A stretch of 64,000 bases of DNA, taken from assembly GCA_964469405.1 (NCBI GenBank), contig CAYXYP010000005.1:54-64053 (forward strand), given 5' to 3'. Made by a program: the position numbers and the translations under genes. This document shows positions 46,557 through 56,957 of the stretch, piece by piece. The number at the start of each line of letters is the position of its first letter. Positions within the stretch are counted from its first letter, which is position 1. Source of the DNA: an uncultured Candidatus Saccharibacteria bacterium (GTDB taxonomy: Bacteria; Patescibacteriota; Minisyncoccia; Phycocordibacterales; Phycocordibacteraceae). The notes below the pieces were generated by a model. That model was given only the letters and a program-made list of their open reading frames with translations, ran no database searches and had not been told where the DNA came from.

Positions 46557-47153
46557 CTATTTTAGAAGTTTAAGATGATCCAGGACCAAGTAGCCGGCGG
46601 CTACTGTCTTAGCATCAGTAATCTTCCCTTTTTTCAACATTTCACGAAATTTCTTGATGGAAAACTCTACCACCGTCATTACTTCAGTACTATCAAGATT
46701 CTGAGATTTTACGACCTTACATCCCTTCGCGAGAACGACATTGAAGTAGGTGGTCTGGAGTGCAGGATCATTCGGTATTGGATTACCAATTATTTTCATT
46801 TTTTTCACTTCTGCACCAACCTCTTCCAATAACTCATCCTTCGTAGCCTCTTGCCAAGATTGTCCTGGTTTCAAACGACCCCCAGGTAACTCAAGCGTCC
46901 ATTCGTTGGTCGCAAATCGAAACTGATTTACCAAAAGAACTTTTCTTTGTGTAGTGAGAGGGAAAATAAGAATGGATGGACCTATCTCTGGGCTGGCGAC
47001 GCAGATGAATGAGGCTATACTGCCGTTTGGCATTTGGAAATCTCGTTCGATAACAATTTTCCCAAATCTTGCGGCACGATCATCAACTACTCTTTCCGCG
47101 ACAAGTACCGGCTCTTGCGGAAGACCATTAACTTCATCAATGATTCGTGCCAT
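46557..47153 (-). CDS. NUDIX hydrolase (NDP-sugar pyrophosphatase-like)
   Basis: QFRF, ELPGG, Nudix box ATKDELLEEVG, TDAKT. Confidence 0.85.
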   Translation of the reverse strand: MARIIDEVNGLPQEPVLVAERVVDDRAARFGKIVIERDFQMPNGSIASFICVASPEIGPSILIFPLTTQRKVLLVNQFRFATNEWTLELPGGRLKPGQSWQEATKDELLEEVGAEVKKMKIIGNPIPNDPALQTTYFNVVLAKGCKVVKSQNLDSTEVMTVVEFSIKKFREMLKKGKITDAKTVAAGYLVLDHLKLLK

Positions 47154-48179
47154 TTATGTTCCTAGAACTTCTTTTGCTATTACTTTGCGCCAATGATCAA
47201 GAAGATGCGCCATACTTTCTTTAAACGTGTATTCTGGCTTCCATCCAGTTGTTTTAGCAAACTTCTTAGTACTAGGGATCTGAAGTGTGACATCTGACGG
47301 ACGAAGTAGTGCTGGATCCGCTCGTGTCGGAATCGGTTTGGTAGCGAGCGATTTGAGAGTTTCGAGAAAATCTCCAACCGAAATAGTAGTCGTACCGCCA
47401 ATATTATAGGCTTCCCCGGGTTCGCAATACATGAGTGCGTCCCAATATGCACGCATCGCGTCTCTGACATCAATAATGGTGCGTATGGAATCGAGATTTC
47501 CGTGTACCAACTCCTTCTGCAATCCTTTCTCTATACGCGCCACCTGTCGAGCAAATGAAGTTGCAAAGAGATCAGTTCGGCGTGGATTTAAATAGGTGAA
47601 CATTCGTGTCCGTATGATGCGCATGTTATACGCTTTGAAATAACTGTAGCCCAGAAGGTCCTGAGTGACCTTTGATACTGCGTACGGACTTGAAGGATGC
47701 ATAGGAGTCTCCTCATCTATTGGAACGTATTTCGGATCAACTATCCCATACACCTCTGAGGTGCTACACAATTGGATGAGAGGATCGATTTTCGCAGCAC
47801 GCACTGCTTCGAAGAGATTAGCGGTCGCCATAACATTGTTTTGCATGACCGAAAGAGGTGTTTCAAAAGAGGCGCGCACGTTCGCATGAGACGCCAAATG
47901 GAAAATGGCGTCGGGATTACTCTTCTCGAGAGTCCGAAGGACTGAACTGAAATCTGTTAAGTCACATTCATGCATAACTATCTTGTCCCGTATCGCGGAA
48001 AGATTGTCCGTGACAGTCGTACTGTGCCACCGCCCAGCTCCATGCACCTCAACTTCCGGATGGTTCTCGACTATATACTCAGCCAAATAACTCCCGCCCG
48101 AACCAGCAATACCCGTAATGAGTATGCGTCGTAACTTTTTCGGCTTTTTCTTTGTTCTAGATTCAGTAGGACGTCCCAT
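47154..48179 (-). CDS. GDP-mannose 4,6-dehydratase/Rmd-like SDR
   Basis: LITGIAGSGGSYLAE, FHLAS, STSEVYG, SPYAVSK, GNLDSIR, LLRPSD. Confidence 0.85.
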   Translation of the reverse strand: MGRPTESRTKKKPKKLRRILITGIAGSGGSYLAEYIVENHPEVEVHGAGRWHSTTVTDNLSAIRDKIVMHECDLTDFSSVLRTLEKSNPDAIFHLASHANVRASFETPLSVMQNNVMATANLFEAVRAAKIDPLIQLCSTSEVYGIVDPKYVPIDEETPMHPSSPYAVSKVTQDLLGYSYFKAYNMRIIRTRMFTYLNPRRTDLFATSFARQVARIEKGLQKELVHGNLDSIRTIIDVRDAMRAYWDALMYCEPGEAYNIGGTTTISVGDFLETLKSLATKPIPTRADPALLRPSDVTLQIPSTKKFAKTTGWKPEYTFKESMAHLLDHWRKVIAKEVLGT

Positions 48180-48209
48180 GGTTGTATGTTAGATTGCTAG
48201 ACTATACGT

Positions 48210-49394
48210 ATGAAAACGACAAAACACAAGAGCTGGCCTCTCATGTCAAATAACATTTCTCGAGACGACGTCAAAAAAGTCGTCTCGTTTTTGTCACAGA
48301 AAGAAATTCCTATTTTGACACAATCAAAGAACGTCAAAGCATTTGAAGAGAAATGGTCAAAATGGCTTGGGGTCAAATACAGTGTGTTCTTGAATTCTGG
48401 GAGTTCAGCGAATCAGATCACGATGTTAGCACTCAAAGAACTTTATGGATCTGGCGAAATCATCGTGCCCCCTTTAACGTGGGTGTCCGACATAGCTGCC
48501 GTCATGCAAAACGGATTTACTCCTATATTCTGTGATATTAACCTCACAAATCTCGCGCTTAACAGCAAGGAAGTGGAGAAGAAGATAACCAAAAATACCC
48601 GTGCGATCTTCCTGACTCATATTCTTGGATACAACGGACTCACTCAGGAACTACTCGACCTGTGTGCAAAAAAGAACATTATGCTTATAGAGGATGTATG
48701 TGAATCGCATGGAGCCACCTTTAACGGCAAGAGGTGTGGGACATTCGGCCTTGTGTCGAATTTTTCATTTTATTATGCCCACCATATGTCCTCTATAGAG
48801 GGAGGCATGCTCTGTACGAATGATGAAAAAATATACCAGTATGCACGGATGTTCCGATCCCACGGTATGGTGCGAGAATCAACCGACGACCGAATAAAGA
48901 ATACGTATACGGAGCAGTATCCTGATTTGAATCCTGATTTCATATTTTCTGCTCCGGCATATAACATGCGGAACAATGAAATTAATGCCGTCATGGCGCT
49001 GAATCAATTAAAGAGATTGAGCAAGAACAATCGAGTCAGATCGAGGAATTTAGGAGTATTTCTAAAAAACCTTGATGCGGAAAAATATATCACCGATTTT
49101 AATCAGGCCGGAAATTCTAATTATGCTCTTACCCTCCTCTTGAAGAAGAAGGATTTCAATATGCGAGATGTCGTGGAAAAGACGTTGCGCGAACATACCA
49201 TTGAATTCAGACGAGGGATGTCCGGCGGCGGAAACCAGCTTATGCAGCCCTATTTGAGACGATTGTTTGGCAATGAATATACAAACTATCCCAACGCAAA
49301 CCATGTCCACAATTTCGGGTGGTATATTGGAAATTATCCTGACTTAAAAAAAGAGAATATCCTCCGCCTCTGTAAGATACTGAACGCTCTATGA
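48210..49394 (+). CDS. PLP-dependent NDP-4-keto-6-deoxysugar 3-dehydratase (ColD/RfbH-like)
   Basis: NSGSSAN, EDVCESHGA, SFYYAHHMSSIEGG (His in place of the PLP Lys, as in ColD/E1). Confidence 0.8.
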   Translation: MKTTKHKSWPLMSNNISRDDVKKVVSFLSQKEIPILTQSKNVKAFEEKWSKWLGVKYSVFLNSGSSANQITMLALKELYGSGEIIVPPLTWVSDIAAVMQNGFTPIFCDINLTNLALNSKEVEKKITKNTRAIFLTHILGYNGLTQELLDLCAKKNIMLIEDVCESHGATFNGKRCGTFGLVSNFSFYYAHHMSSIEGGMLCTNDEKIYQYARMFRSHGMVRESTDDRIKNTYTEQYPDLNPDFIFSAPAYNMRNNEINAVMALNQLKRLSKNNRVRSRNLGVFLKNLDAEKYITDFNQAGNSNYALTLLLKKKDFNMRDVVEKTLREHTIEFRRGMSGGGNQLMQPYLRRLFGNEYTNYPNANHVHNFGWYIGNYPDLKKENILRLCKILNAL

Positions 49395-50359
49395 TCATAG
49401 TGAAATCCCCTCTCCGAATATCGTTCTTTGGCGGATCTACCGACTATGAATCTTTTTATAAAGAACACGGTTCATTTATCATCGGCACGACAATCGATAA
49501 ATATATCTGGCTTCTTGCGAGGTACCGACCGAAAATTTTACCGAGGGAACATTCTCTCGGCTACTCCAAATTAGAACTAGTCTCTTCAATCGACGATATC
49601 CAAAATCCACTCATCCGTGAGGTCATGCGGCATCATGACATTCGTGACCACATAGATTTTAGTTCCTCTCCCGATGTTCCGTCACGAACAGGACTCGGTG
49701 GATCATCATCATTTTGCGTTGGTATGGTACATCTCATGAAAGAGTTGAAGAGCGAACGTAGTAATAAAAAAGATGTGGCAAAAACTGCCATTCATATAGA
49801 ACGAAACGTCTTGCAGGACAGTGGCGGTATCCAGGATCAGATATGGGCTGCCTATGGCGGCCTTAATACCATTACTATAAAAAAGAACGGTGATTTCACC
49901 GTCAAACCTATTCCGGTCTCTAAAAAATTCAAGCGCGCCCTGGAAGATTCCATTGTCTTGATTTACACGAATGAGCAGAGAGATCAAAATGAAATAGCCC
50001 AATCTCATGAGAATAAGAACGGTGAGAAGAAAGAGATACTTGAACTTGCACGAAAAGCATACAAAGCATTTATAAAAGAAGATGTAAAAGAAATTGGTAA
50101 GTTATTGCTTGAGGCATGGAACGAGAAACGCAAGATATCCCCGCTCATATCAACAAAAAAAATAGACGCTATGGTGGAACACGTTATGGATATGGGCGCA
50201 TATGGCGTAAAGCTTCTCGGAAGCGGCGGATGCGGGTTTTTGATGGTCATATGTAGTCCTACTGCCAAGAGAAAGATCGTAAAAAAATTCAAAGAAGATA
50301 TCCTTGAATTTAAATTTGAAAATCTCGGCACGACCGTGGTATATCCAACTAAGTCATAA
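49391..50359 (+). CDS. hddA: GHMP sugar kinase, D-glycero-alpha-D-manno-heptose-7-phosphate kinase-like
   Basis: PLRISFFGGSTD, GLGGSSS, GGIQDQ..AAYGG, KLLGSGGCGF. Confidence 0.82.
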   Translation: MIIVKSPLRISFFGGSTDYESFYKEHGSFIIGTTIDKYIWLLARYRPKILPREHSLGYSKLELVSSIDDIQNPLIREVMRHHDIRDHIDFSSSPDVPSRTGLGGSSSFCVGMVHLMKELKSERSNKKDVAKTAIHIERNVLQDSGGIQDQIWAAYGGLNTITIKKNGDFTVKPIPVSKKFKRALEDSIVLIYTNEQRDQNEIAQSHENKNGEKKEILELARKAYKAFIKEDVKEIGKLLLEAWNEKRKISPLISTKKIDAMVEHVMDMGAYGVKLLGSGGCGFLMVICSPTAKRKIVKKFKEDILEFKFENLGTTVVYPTKS

Positions 50360-50375
50360 TGTACAATAAAATTAT

Positions 50376-51314
50376 ATGAGCAAAATACTCGTCACCGGTG
50401 GAGCAGGATATATTGGTTCGATTTTGGTGCCGGAACTGCTTAGAGCCGGGCACGAGGTTACGGTTATAGACAATTTTCTCTATAACCAATCCTCTCTCAT
50501 GGATGTGTGTCATTACAAAACACTTACCATCGTCCGTGGGGATGCGAGGAATGAACCCCTGCTCAAAAAACATATCGTTGGTAAGGATTTCATCATTCCA
50601 CTCGCCTGCTTGGTGGGTGCTCCTCTCTGCGAAGAAGATCCTATCGGCGCCACGACCACAAACCGCGATGCAGTGTTAATGCTGCTTAAGCTCCGCACGC
50701 CTGAGCAGAAAATAATCTTTCCAAATACCAACAGTGGTTATGGCCGTATGGAAAAAGGAGTTGCACACTGCGATGAAAACAGCCCTCTAGAACCAGTCTC
50801 GCTCTATGGTCGACTAAAAGTTGAGACTGAGAAAGCTCTTCTTGAAGCGGGCAACGCAATAACTTTCAGACTGGCAACCGTCTGCGGCGTTAGCCCGCGG
50901 ATGAGAATGGACTTGCTAGTGAATGACTTTGTGTACCGGGCAATGACCGATGGAGCGGTTATATTATTTGAGCCACATTTCAAACGTAATTACATTCACG
51001 TAAGGGACGTTGCTCGAGCCTTTATGCATGCCATGGAAAATTTCGAGAGTATGAAAAACCAGCCCTATAACGTAGGTCTCTCAAATGCCAATCTAAGCAA
51101 ATCTGAACTGTGTGAAATAATAACCAAACAACTGCCGAAATTCGTTTTCATAGAATCCCCCATCGGTGAAGATCCTGACAAAAGAAATTATATTATCAGC
51201 AACGAAAAGATAGAAAAAACTGGCTTCGTCACGCAGGTCTCTATCGAAGATGCAATTGTTGAACTCATAAAAGGCTATCAGGTGGTTCGAAAAAACCAAT
51301 TCTCGAATATATGA
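50376..51314 (+). CDS. NAD-dependent epimerase/dehydratase
   Basis: TGGAGYIGS, YGRLK, FRLATVCGVSPRMR.DLLVN, DKRNY. Confidence 0.88.
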   Translation: MSKILVTGGAGYIGSILVPELLRAGHEVTVIDNFLYNQSSLMDVCHYKTLTIVRGDARNEPLLKKHIVGKDFIIPLACLVGAPLCEEDPIGATTTNRDAVLMLLKLRTPEQKIIFPNTNSGYGRMEKGVAHCDENSPLEPVSLYGRLKVETEKALLEAGNAITFRLATVCGVSPRMRMDLLVNDFVYRAMTDGAVILFEPHFKRNYIHVRDVARAFMHAMENFESMKNQPYNVGLSNANLSKSELCEIITKQLPKFVFIESPIGEDPDKRNYIISNEKIEKTGFVTQVSIEDAIVELIKGYQVVRKNQFSNI

Positions 51315-51748
51315 GACTAGGGATAGTCTCGGGGTATTTTAATCCCCTTCATGCTGGACATATAGAATATATAAACAGCGCAAAAAAACACTCAGATAAA
51401 CTCGTTTGTATCATAAATAGCGACCAACAAGTAGCTTTGAAGGGCTCCCAACCTTTTATGGATGAGCAGCATCGAGCGAATATTCTTCGCAATCTACGAT
51501 CCATTGATGACGTTCTCATATCGATAGACAAAGATGGGACACAGTGCGAATCTCTCAGAGACCTACGGAGCAAGTACCCGGATGATGATTTGATATTCTT
51601 TAACAGTGGCGATCGAAAAGGCGAAAATCTTAATATGAGCGAATCTGACACCTGCAAGGAGATAGGTATCGAGGTGCAAATTCTAGATTTGCCTAAAATA
51701 CATTCCTCGAGCGAACTATTGAAAAAGACAAGAGGCTCTGGTAATTGA
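51311..51748 (+). CDS. Cytidylyltransferase-like nucleotidyltransferase (HIGH family)
   Basis: SGYFNPLHAGH, NSD, GDR, HSSS. Confidence 0.85.
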   Translation: MRLGIVSGYFNPLHAGHIEYINSAKKHSDKLVCIINSDQQVALKGSQPFMDEQHRANILRNLRSIDDVLISIDKDGTQCESLRDLRSKYPDDDLIFFNSGDRKGENLNMSESDTCKEIGIEVQILDLPKIHSSSELLKKTRGSGN

Positions 51749-51750
51749 AA

Positions 51751-52566
51751 TTACCCTTTCCACTCTGTTTCTATATATTCTCGGAGAGCAACTTGCCATG
51801 GCCGCACGAGCGGAGATAAAGGCATACTTTCGTTGTCCCCGATAACATACAGAGACGGGAATTCTGATGAGGATACGGGAATAATTTTTGTGTTCCATCC
51901 CATGATGGAAATGATTTCTTGTGCGATATCATACTTCGTCGCGATACCGCCACCGATGTGGTATATGCCATTGCCATCTTCTTCTATCAGTTTTTGTATA
52001 GCGCCCGCAACATCTTTTCCCCACGACGGCGATGCCCTCTTATCAGTGACGGCACGTATATCTGACGATCCTTTCTGAGTGAGAAGTTTTTCTACAAATT
52101 TTGTACTCTTCTTTGGACCTCCCCCAAACATCCACGATATGCGCATGATGATGTACTCCTCGAGAACGCCCATGACCGCAAGCTCCCCAAGATGCTTTGA
52201 ACGCCCGTATACGGTGGTTGGGTTTGGTACATCCTTTTCCGTGTAGGACTCACTCTTCCCTCCATCAAATACATCCGAGGTAGAAATGTAAACAAGTTTC
52301 GCACCGACACTACGTGCCCCAAGCGCGAGATGATAGGTTCCAACCGAATTAACAAGATAGGCTTTCTCGGGATTTTTTTCGCAACTCGAAAGATCAACGA
52401 GAGCTGCACAGTGCACAATGACTTTCGGTCGTCTCTCTGCACATATATTCATCACTGCATTCAGGTCTGTTATATTGAGATCGCTCCGGCTCAGCCGAGT
52501 CCCAAAACTACAATAAGATCCAAGTACACCGTCTCCCCCAGTGACAAGTACATCCTTGGAGTTCAT
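51751..52566 (-). CDS. dTDP-4-dehydrorhamnose reductase-like (RmlD family)
   Basis: TGGDGVLG, HCAA, YISTSDVFDG, YGRSKHLGE, RISW. Confidence 0.85.
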   Translation of the reverse strand: MNSKDVLVTGGDGVLGSYCSFGTRLSRSDLNITDLNAVMNICAERRPKVIVHCAALVDLSSCEKNPEKAYLVNSVGTYHLALGARSVGAKLVYISTSDVFDGGKSESYTEKDVPNPTTVYGRSKHLGELAVMGVLEEYIIMRISWMFGGGPKKSTKFVEKLLTQKGSSDIRAVTDKRASPSWGKDVAGAIQKLIEEDGNGIYHIGGGIATKYDIAQEIISIMGWNTKIIPVSSSEFPSLYVIGDNESMPLSPLVRPWQVALREYIETEWKG

Positions 52567-53603
52567 TTTTTCTTTCCTTCGTTCAATTCATTGACGTACG
52601 CGGCAAACGTCCATTTCAGTGCTTGGCGTAAATTCACTTTTGGATTCCATTCCAAATCGCGCTGTGTATTGCGTATGTAGGGCGTTCGATTAATCATATC
52701 CTGATACCCTTCGCCATAATGTTTATGCGCGGTAATATCGATAATCCGTACATCTTTTACGCGTTCTAGAAAGTGTGGGTACGAGGGAGCAAGTTCTAAT
52801 GCCATCTCGGCGACTTCCCGAATAGAATGATTATTCTTCGGGTTGCCGATGTTGTATATCTTACCCGTGGTGATGCCGTTCTTATTCTCAATAATTTTAA
52901 TGAGCGCTTCTATAGCATCGTCAATGTAGGTAAACGAACGCCTGTTCGTACCGCCGTCAACGAGCTTTAGGTTTTCACCCCGCAGGATATTACCGAGAAA
53001 CTGCGTTATAAGACGCGCATTTCCTTTCGCATCATGAATATTGTCCTGACCATGTCCAATCCAGTTGAACGGTCGGAAAAGCGTGAAATCGAGTCCTCTA
53101 TCGCGCCCATAGGCATAGATAACACGGTCCATCATTTGCTTGCTTGTAGAATAAATCCAACGCATCTTGTTGATCGGACCTGTTACAAGATTCGATTCCT
53201 CAGGATGAAATTCGCGATCGGTGCTCATACCATATACTTCCGACGTGGAAGGCCAAATCACCCTTTTCTTCGCTTCCGCGCACATACGGACAATGGCGAG
53301 ATTCGCTTCGAAATCAATCTCGAAGACACGGAGAGGATCGAGAATGTAGGTCTTCGGGGTTGCGATGCCCGCGAGCGGCACGACTACATCGGCGCGCGCG
53401 ACCAATTTTTTAATAAGTGTCTTATTCGTGATAGTACCCTTATGAAATTCAAACCGTGGATTGCCGTGATGGGCGCGAAGATTATTATCCGACAAATCGC
53501 TTGCTATAACGTACCATTTCTTCCCGTCAAGAATACTGCGCACAAGATGCTGCCCAATAAAGCCATTTGCCCCAAATACGAGTACCGTCTTACCTTTTTT
53601 CAT
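52563..53603 (-). CDS. Stand-alone ArnA-type UDP-glucuronate dehydrogenase/decarboxylase domain
   Basis: GANGFIG, PLAGIATP..Y...PLRVFEIDFEANL, PSTSEVYG, RWIYSTSKQ, FRPFNWIG, YGEGYQD. Confidence 0.88.
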   Translation of the reverse strand: MKKGKTVLVFGANGFIGQHLVRSILDGKKWYVIASDLSDNNLRAHHGNPRFEFHKGTITNKTLIKKLVARADVVVPLAGIATPKTYILDPLRVFEIDFEANLAIVRMCAEAKKRVIWPSTSEVYGMSTDREFHPEESNLVTGPINKMRWIYSTSKQMMDRVIYAYGRDRGLDFTLFRPFNWIGHGQDNIHDAKGNARLITQFLGNILRGENLKLVDGGTNRRSFTYIDDAIEALIKIIENKNGITTGKIYNIGNPKNNHSIREVAEMALELAPSYPHFLERVKDVRIIDITAHKHYGEGYQDMINRTPYIRNTQRDLEWNPKVNLRQALKWTFAAYVNELNEGKKK

Positions 53604-53644
53604 GCGTTGATGTAGCCTACCACGTTAGATATAACGTCACAATT

Positions 53645-54898
53645 TTATGAAAGGATGCGCGGTTTTGGAACAGGGAGTATAAAAACGCCTCCGTTTTTTA
53701 TAAATTGTTGGTGATTTTTGACGATTGAATCTGCAAAATTCCAGGCGAGAATAAGGCAGACGTCAGGCGTATCAGTGTATAACGTGTCGGACGACTTAAT
53801 TGGAATGTGCGTACCCGGCATATAAAACCCTTGTTTCATTTTAGAATCGTCAACAATGTATTCGAGCGTCCCACCATCAATCCCAAGCGCGTAGCAAAGA
53901 GTCGTTGCTTTTGCGGGTGCTCCGTATCCAACGACACGCTTCCCCTGCCCGCGAAAATTTTCAAGAAGCGTGCGCAACTCCTTTCCAATTGCATCAATGC
54001 GCTCGGCGAACGAGTCGTACGTCGATACCGTATTAAGCGCTGATTCGTTAGCACACATGCGCTCAACCCTCTCGGAGGTTTTATGTGGGCCATCATCCCA
54101 TCCCACATACACACGAATCGAGCCACCATGCGTCGGAACGTGTTCTACATCGAAGATACGCAGGCCACGTTTTTGGAAAAAAGGAACAAGCGGCGTCAGA
54201 TGGTAATAACACAAATGTTCGTGGTAAATGATATCAAAAAGATTCTGTTCAATCAGATCCTTAAGATATTGGTTTTCAAAGATAAAAACGCCCTCTGGCA
54301 AAAGAAGTTCCTTCACTGATTCTACGAAACCTATGACGTCGTCAGTATGCGCGAACACGTTATTCGCGGTGATGATGGACGCTTTACCGTGTTCCGCAGC
54401 GATACCTCGAGCGGTTTCGGGTGTAAAGAATTTCGGAATAGTCGGGATATCATTTGCTGTTGCTTCCGTCGCAATATTCTCTGCGGGATCGATGCCGAGT
54501 ATTTTCATACCCTCTTTCTTGAAATGATCGAGGAGCACCCCGTCATTGCTTCCGATATCAACAACGAGCGAATCTCCCGAAAGCGAGAACCGCTCTTTAA
54601 CACTCTTCGCGTAACTAGCAAAGTGCGCTACAAATACTGGCGAGGTACCCGATACGTAGAGATAATGACTGAAAAGTAACTTTGGATCTACCACGTCACG
54701 CAATTGGATAAGTTTGCACGCATGACACGCATTAATGACGAGTGGCGCAAATATTTCTGGCTTATCGAGATCGTTGGATGCGAGGTAGGCATTCGCGGGT
54801 GGTGTTTCGCCGAAGGAAAGAACCTGGATTAGGTCCGTACTCCCGCACAAGCGACAATCGTTGCGAGCGTGAACTTTCTCATGCATGGCAGTATTCAT
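53645..54898 (-). CDS. NDP-sugar C-methyltransferase with Zn ribbon
   Basis: CRLCG..CHAC, DIGSNDG, NVFAH, FDIIYHEH, HGGSIR, YGAPAK, LAWNF. Confidence 0.88.
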   Translation of the reverse strand: MNTAMHEKVHARNDCRLCGSTDLIQVLSFGETPPANAYLASNDLDKPEIFAPLVINACHACKLIQLRDVVDPKLLFSHYLYVSGTSPVFVAHFASYAKSVKERFSLSGDSLVVDIGSNDGVLLDHFKKEGMKILGIDPAENIATEATANDIPTIPKFFTPETARGIAAEHGKASIITANNVFAHTDDVIGFVESVKELLLPEGVFIFENQYLKDLIEQNLFDIIYHEHLCYYHLTPLVPFFQKRGLRIFDVEHVPTHGGSIRVYVGWDDGPHKTSERVERMCANESALNTVSTYDSFAERIDAIGKELRTLLENFRGQGKRVVGYGAPAKATTLCYALGIDGGTLEYIVDDSKMKQGFYMPGTHIPIKSSDTLYTDTPDVCLILAWNFADSIVKNHQQFIKNGGVFILPVPKPRILS

Positions 54899-55947
54899 AG
54901 GGAATTAATTATGTGTACCACTTGAGGCATGATGACGTCAAAGGAATATCCATCACGAACGGTTTGCTGTCCCGTCTGCCCAAGCCGCTCGCGGAGTGCG
55001 TGATCACGGAGAAGCAAAGTGATCCTCTCTACCCACTCATCTTCACTACTCGCAAGATACCCATTTACATTATCTTTGATGATACGGGGCATATTGCCGA
55101 ACGTGCTCACGACGACGGGAACAGCGCACGCCATATATTCGAGCACTTTCATCGAGGTTTTCCCTTCGTACCACGCTCCGTTGCTTAGGTGCGGTACGAC
55201 ACCAATATCGAATGTATGTATTGCTTTCGGTGCACTTTCCGGATCAGTATAAGCAAGCCTATCGATAAATCGAACATCGAGATCCGGAATGTGTTGAAAC
55301 AAGTTATATACTCTCAGATCTTTGAACGCTCCAATAAGCACAAACGTAAACGAAAGTTTCTGCTCCACAAGCCTTCTAAACACCGGTACAAGAATGGGAA
55401 GGTTCGCGAGATGCTCTGGTCCGGTCCCTAGCCAGCCAATAATTGGACGACTGTTCGGCAACGAGTAATCCTTCGTGAACTTTTCATAGGGAGCAGAATC
55501 GATTGCAATATGTACGATATGTACATTCTTATTGAATTGTTTTGCCCATACTGCCTGCTCATGCGTACAGACTATAACCGCATCGGCCATCCGTGAGAAA
55601 AATTTTGTCTTGAAAAAATTGTATACGTAGACCGGATCGTCAAAATCAAATATCATCTTCCGTCGAAATATAAAAAGGTAACTGACCATGATCACGAAAA
55701 AATATTTGCTATAAATGGTGCGCTGTAAAAATACAATATCCCCTTTCTGTATCGAAAAAAGCGAACGGATGACCTGCATGATCAACAAGAATTTCTTTGG
55801 CCATGGTGTGTTGGCTATCGAAAGCACGTAGGGCGTATGAATCGTCGTGCGAAACCCCCTCTTCTCCAACTCTTCGGCAACCCGAAAAGTTCGCTGCCTC
55901 GGTGAAGCAATAGTTCTATCACTAAAGGTGAAGAAGTGAATCATCAT
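54895..55947 (-). CDS. GT4 family glycosyltransferase
   Basis: FDFDD, IGWLG, DIGVVP, KTSMKVLEYMACAVPVV. Confidence 0.87.
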   Translation of the reverse strand: MMIHFFTFSDRTIASPRQRTFRVAEELEKRGFRTTIHTPYVLSIANTPWPKKFLLIMQVIRSLFSIQKGDIVFLQRTIYSKYFFVIMVSYLFIFRRKMIFDFDDPVYVYNFFKTKFFSRMADAVIVCTHEQAVWAKQFNKNVHIVHIAIDSAPYEKFTKDYSLPNSRPIIGWLGTGPEHLANLPILVPVFRRLVEQKLSFTFVLIGAFKDLRVYNLFQHIPDLDVRFIDRLAYTDPESAPKAIHTFDIGVVPHLSNGAWYEGKTSMKVLEYMACAVPVVVSTFGNMPRIIKDNVNGYLASSEDEWVERITLLLRDHALRERLGQTGQQTVRDGYSFDVIMPQVVHIINSL

Positions 55948-56957
55948 ACCAAGGACGCTTGCTGTGCGACATTTTCCATATCAATGGCATTAATGCAGGT
56001 AGGGTACTCTTTATGGGCATGTCCTGAAGTACAGAGGTCGCTGCGAGAAAATACAGTGATCGGTGCGTCTTCTCCGTATTGTTCAGGGAACCACCAATTA
56101 CGCCCGAGACAACTACATAGGACAACGAGCGGTGTACGGAGCTGTGCGGTGATATGCGCGACGCCCGTATCAAGACTGATGACTCCGCCACTTCGGGATA
56201 TGAGATTCATAAGTTCTTGAAGAGTCGCTTCGCCGGCAATAACTACAGCAGGAATATTCTCCGCAACCCGCAGGGCTTCCTCTCGATCATCCTTGCCGCC
56301 GCTTATCACGAAACGAGTGCCGGGAAACTTATTCGCAAGCGCACGAAGCAGCTCGCGTTTTTTATCCGGGTGTAGTCCTCGACCTACATTACCCGCAAAT
56401 AAATGCACCACGATAAACTTGTACGCCTCGAGATCAAACTTGGCGTAGACTGCCCCATCTCGCACAAAATCTAATGTCGGAAACGAGGACGAAACGGCCA
56501 ATCCTGCCGCGCGCAGGGCGGCACGATCACGGTCCGCAACCGACCTTAGAGCATGCAGGGGAACAATCTGGTCATAGAGTGCTCCATTCCACTTTGACGC
56601 ATCGGCAAAGCCAATGAGTCCTCCTCGTCTTGCGAGCGCTCGAGCGGCGAATTTACTCGCCAAAGCGAAACTCCCACCCTCTTTACCGGCATATTGCGTC
56701 ACCACAAAATCACTGCCGTGAAAATCTTTCCACAAGGAGAGGAGGGCTTTCGGAGAACGGCGATTCACTTCAATGACTTCGAGCCACGGATACGCGGCGA
56801 ACACATCGCGAATCATTCCCGCGCGACCCGCTATCACAATGCCACAACGCGCCTGCGGAAATTGCGTATGTACATTCTCCAGAAGATACTTCCCCATCAA
56901 GCAGTCCCCGATTGAAGAGGCGCGAAACGTAAGTGCTTTTTTAATTGGGACGACCAT
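55944..56957 (-). CDS. GT9 family (heptosyltransferase-like) glycosyltransferase
   Basis: SSIGDCL, ATLQEL..LI, ISLDTGVAHITA, CINAI. Confidence 0.82.
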   Translation of the reverse strand: MVVPIKKALTFRASSIGDCLMGKYLLENVHTQFPQARCGIVIAGRAGMIRDVFAAYPWLEVIEVNRRSPKALLSLWKDFHGSDFVVTQYAGKEGGSFALASKFAARALARRGGLIGFADASKWNGALYDQIVPLHALRSVADRDRAALRAAGLAVSSSFPTLDFVRDGAVYAKFDLEAYKFIVVHLFAGNVGRGLHPDKKRELLRALANKFPGTRFVISGGKDDREEALRVAENIPAVVIAGEATLQELMNLISRSGGVISLDTGVAHITAQLRTPLVVLCSCLGRNWWFPEQYGEDAPITVFSRSDLCTSGHAHKEYPTCINAIDMENVAQQASLV

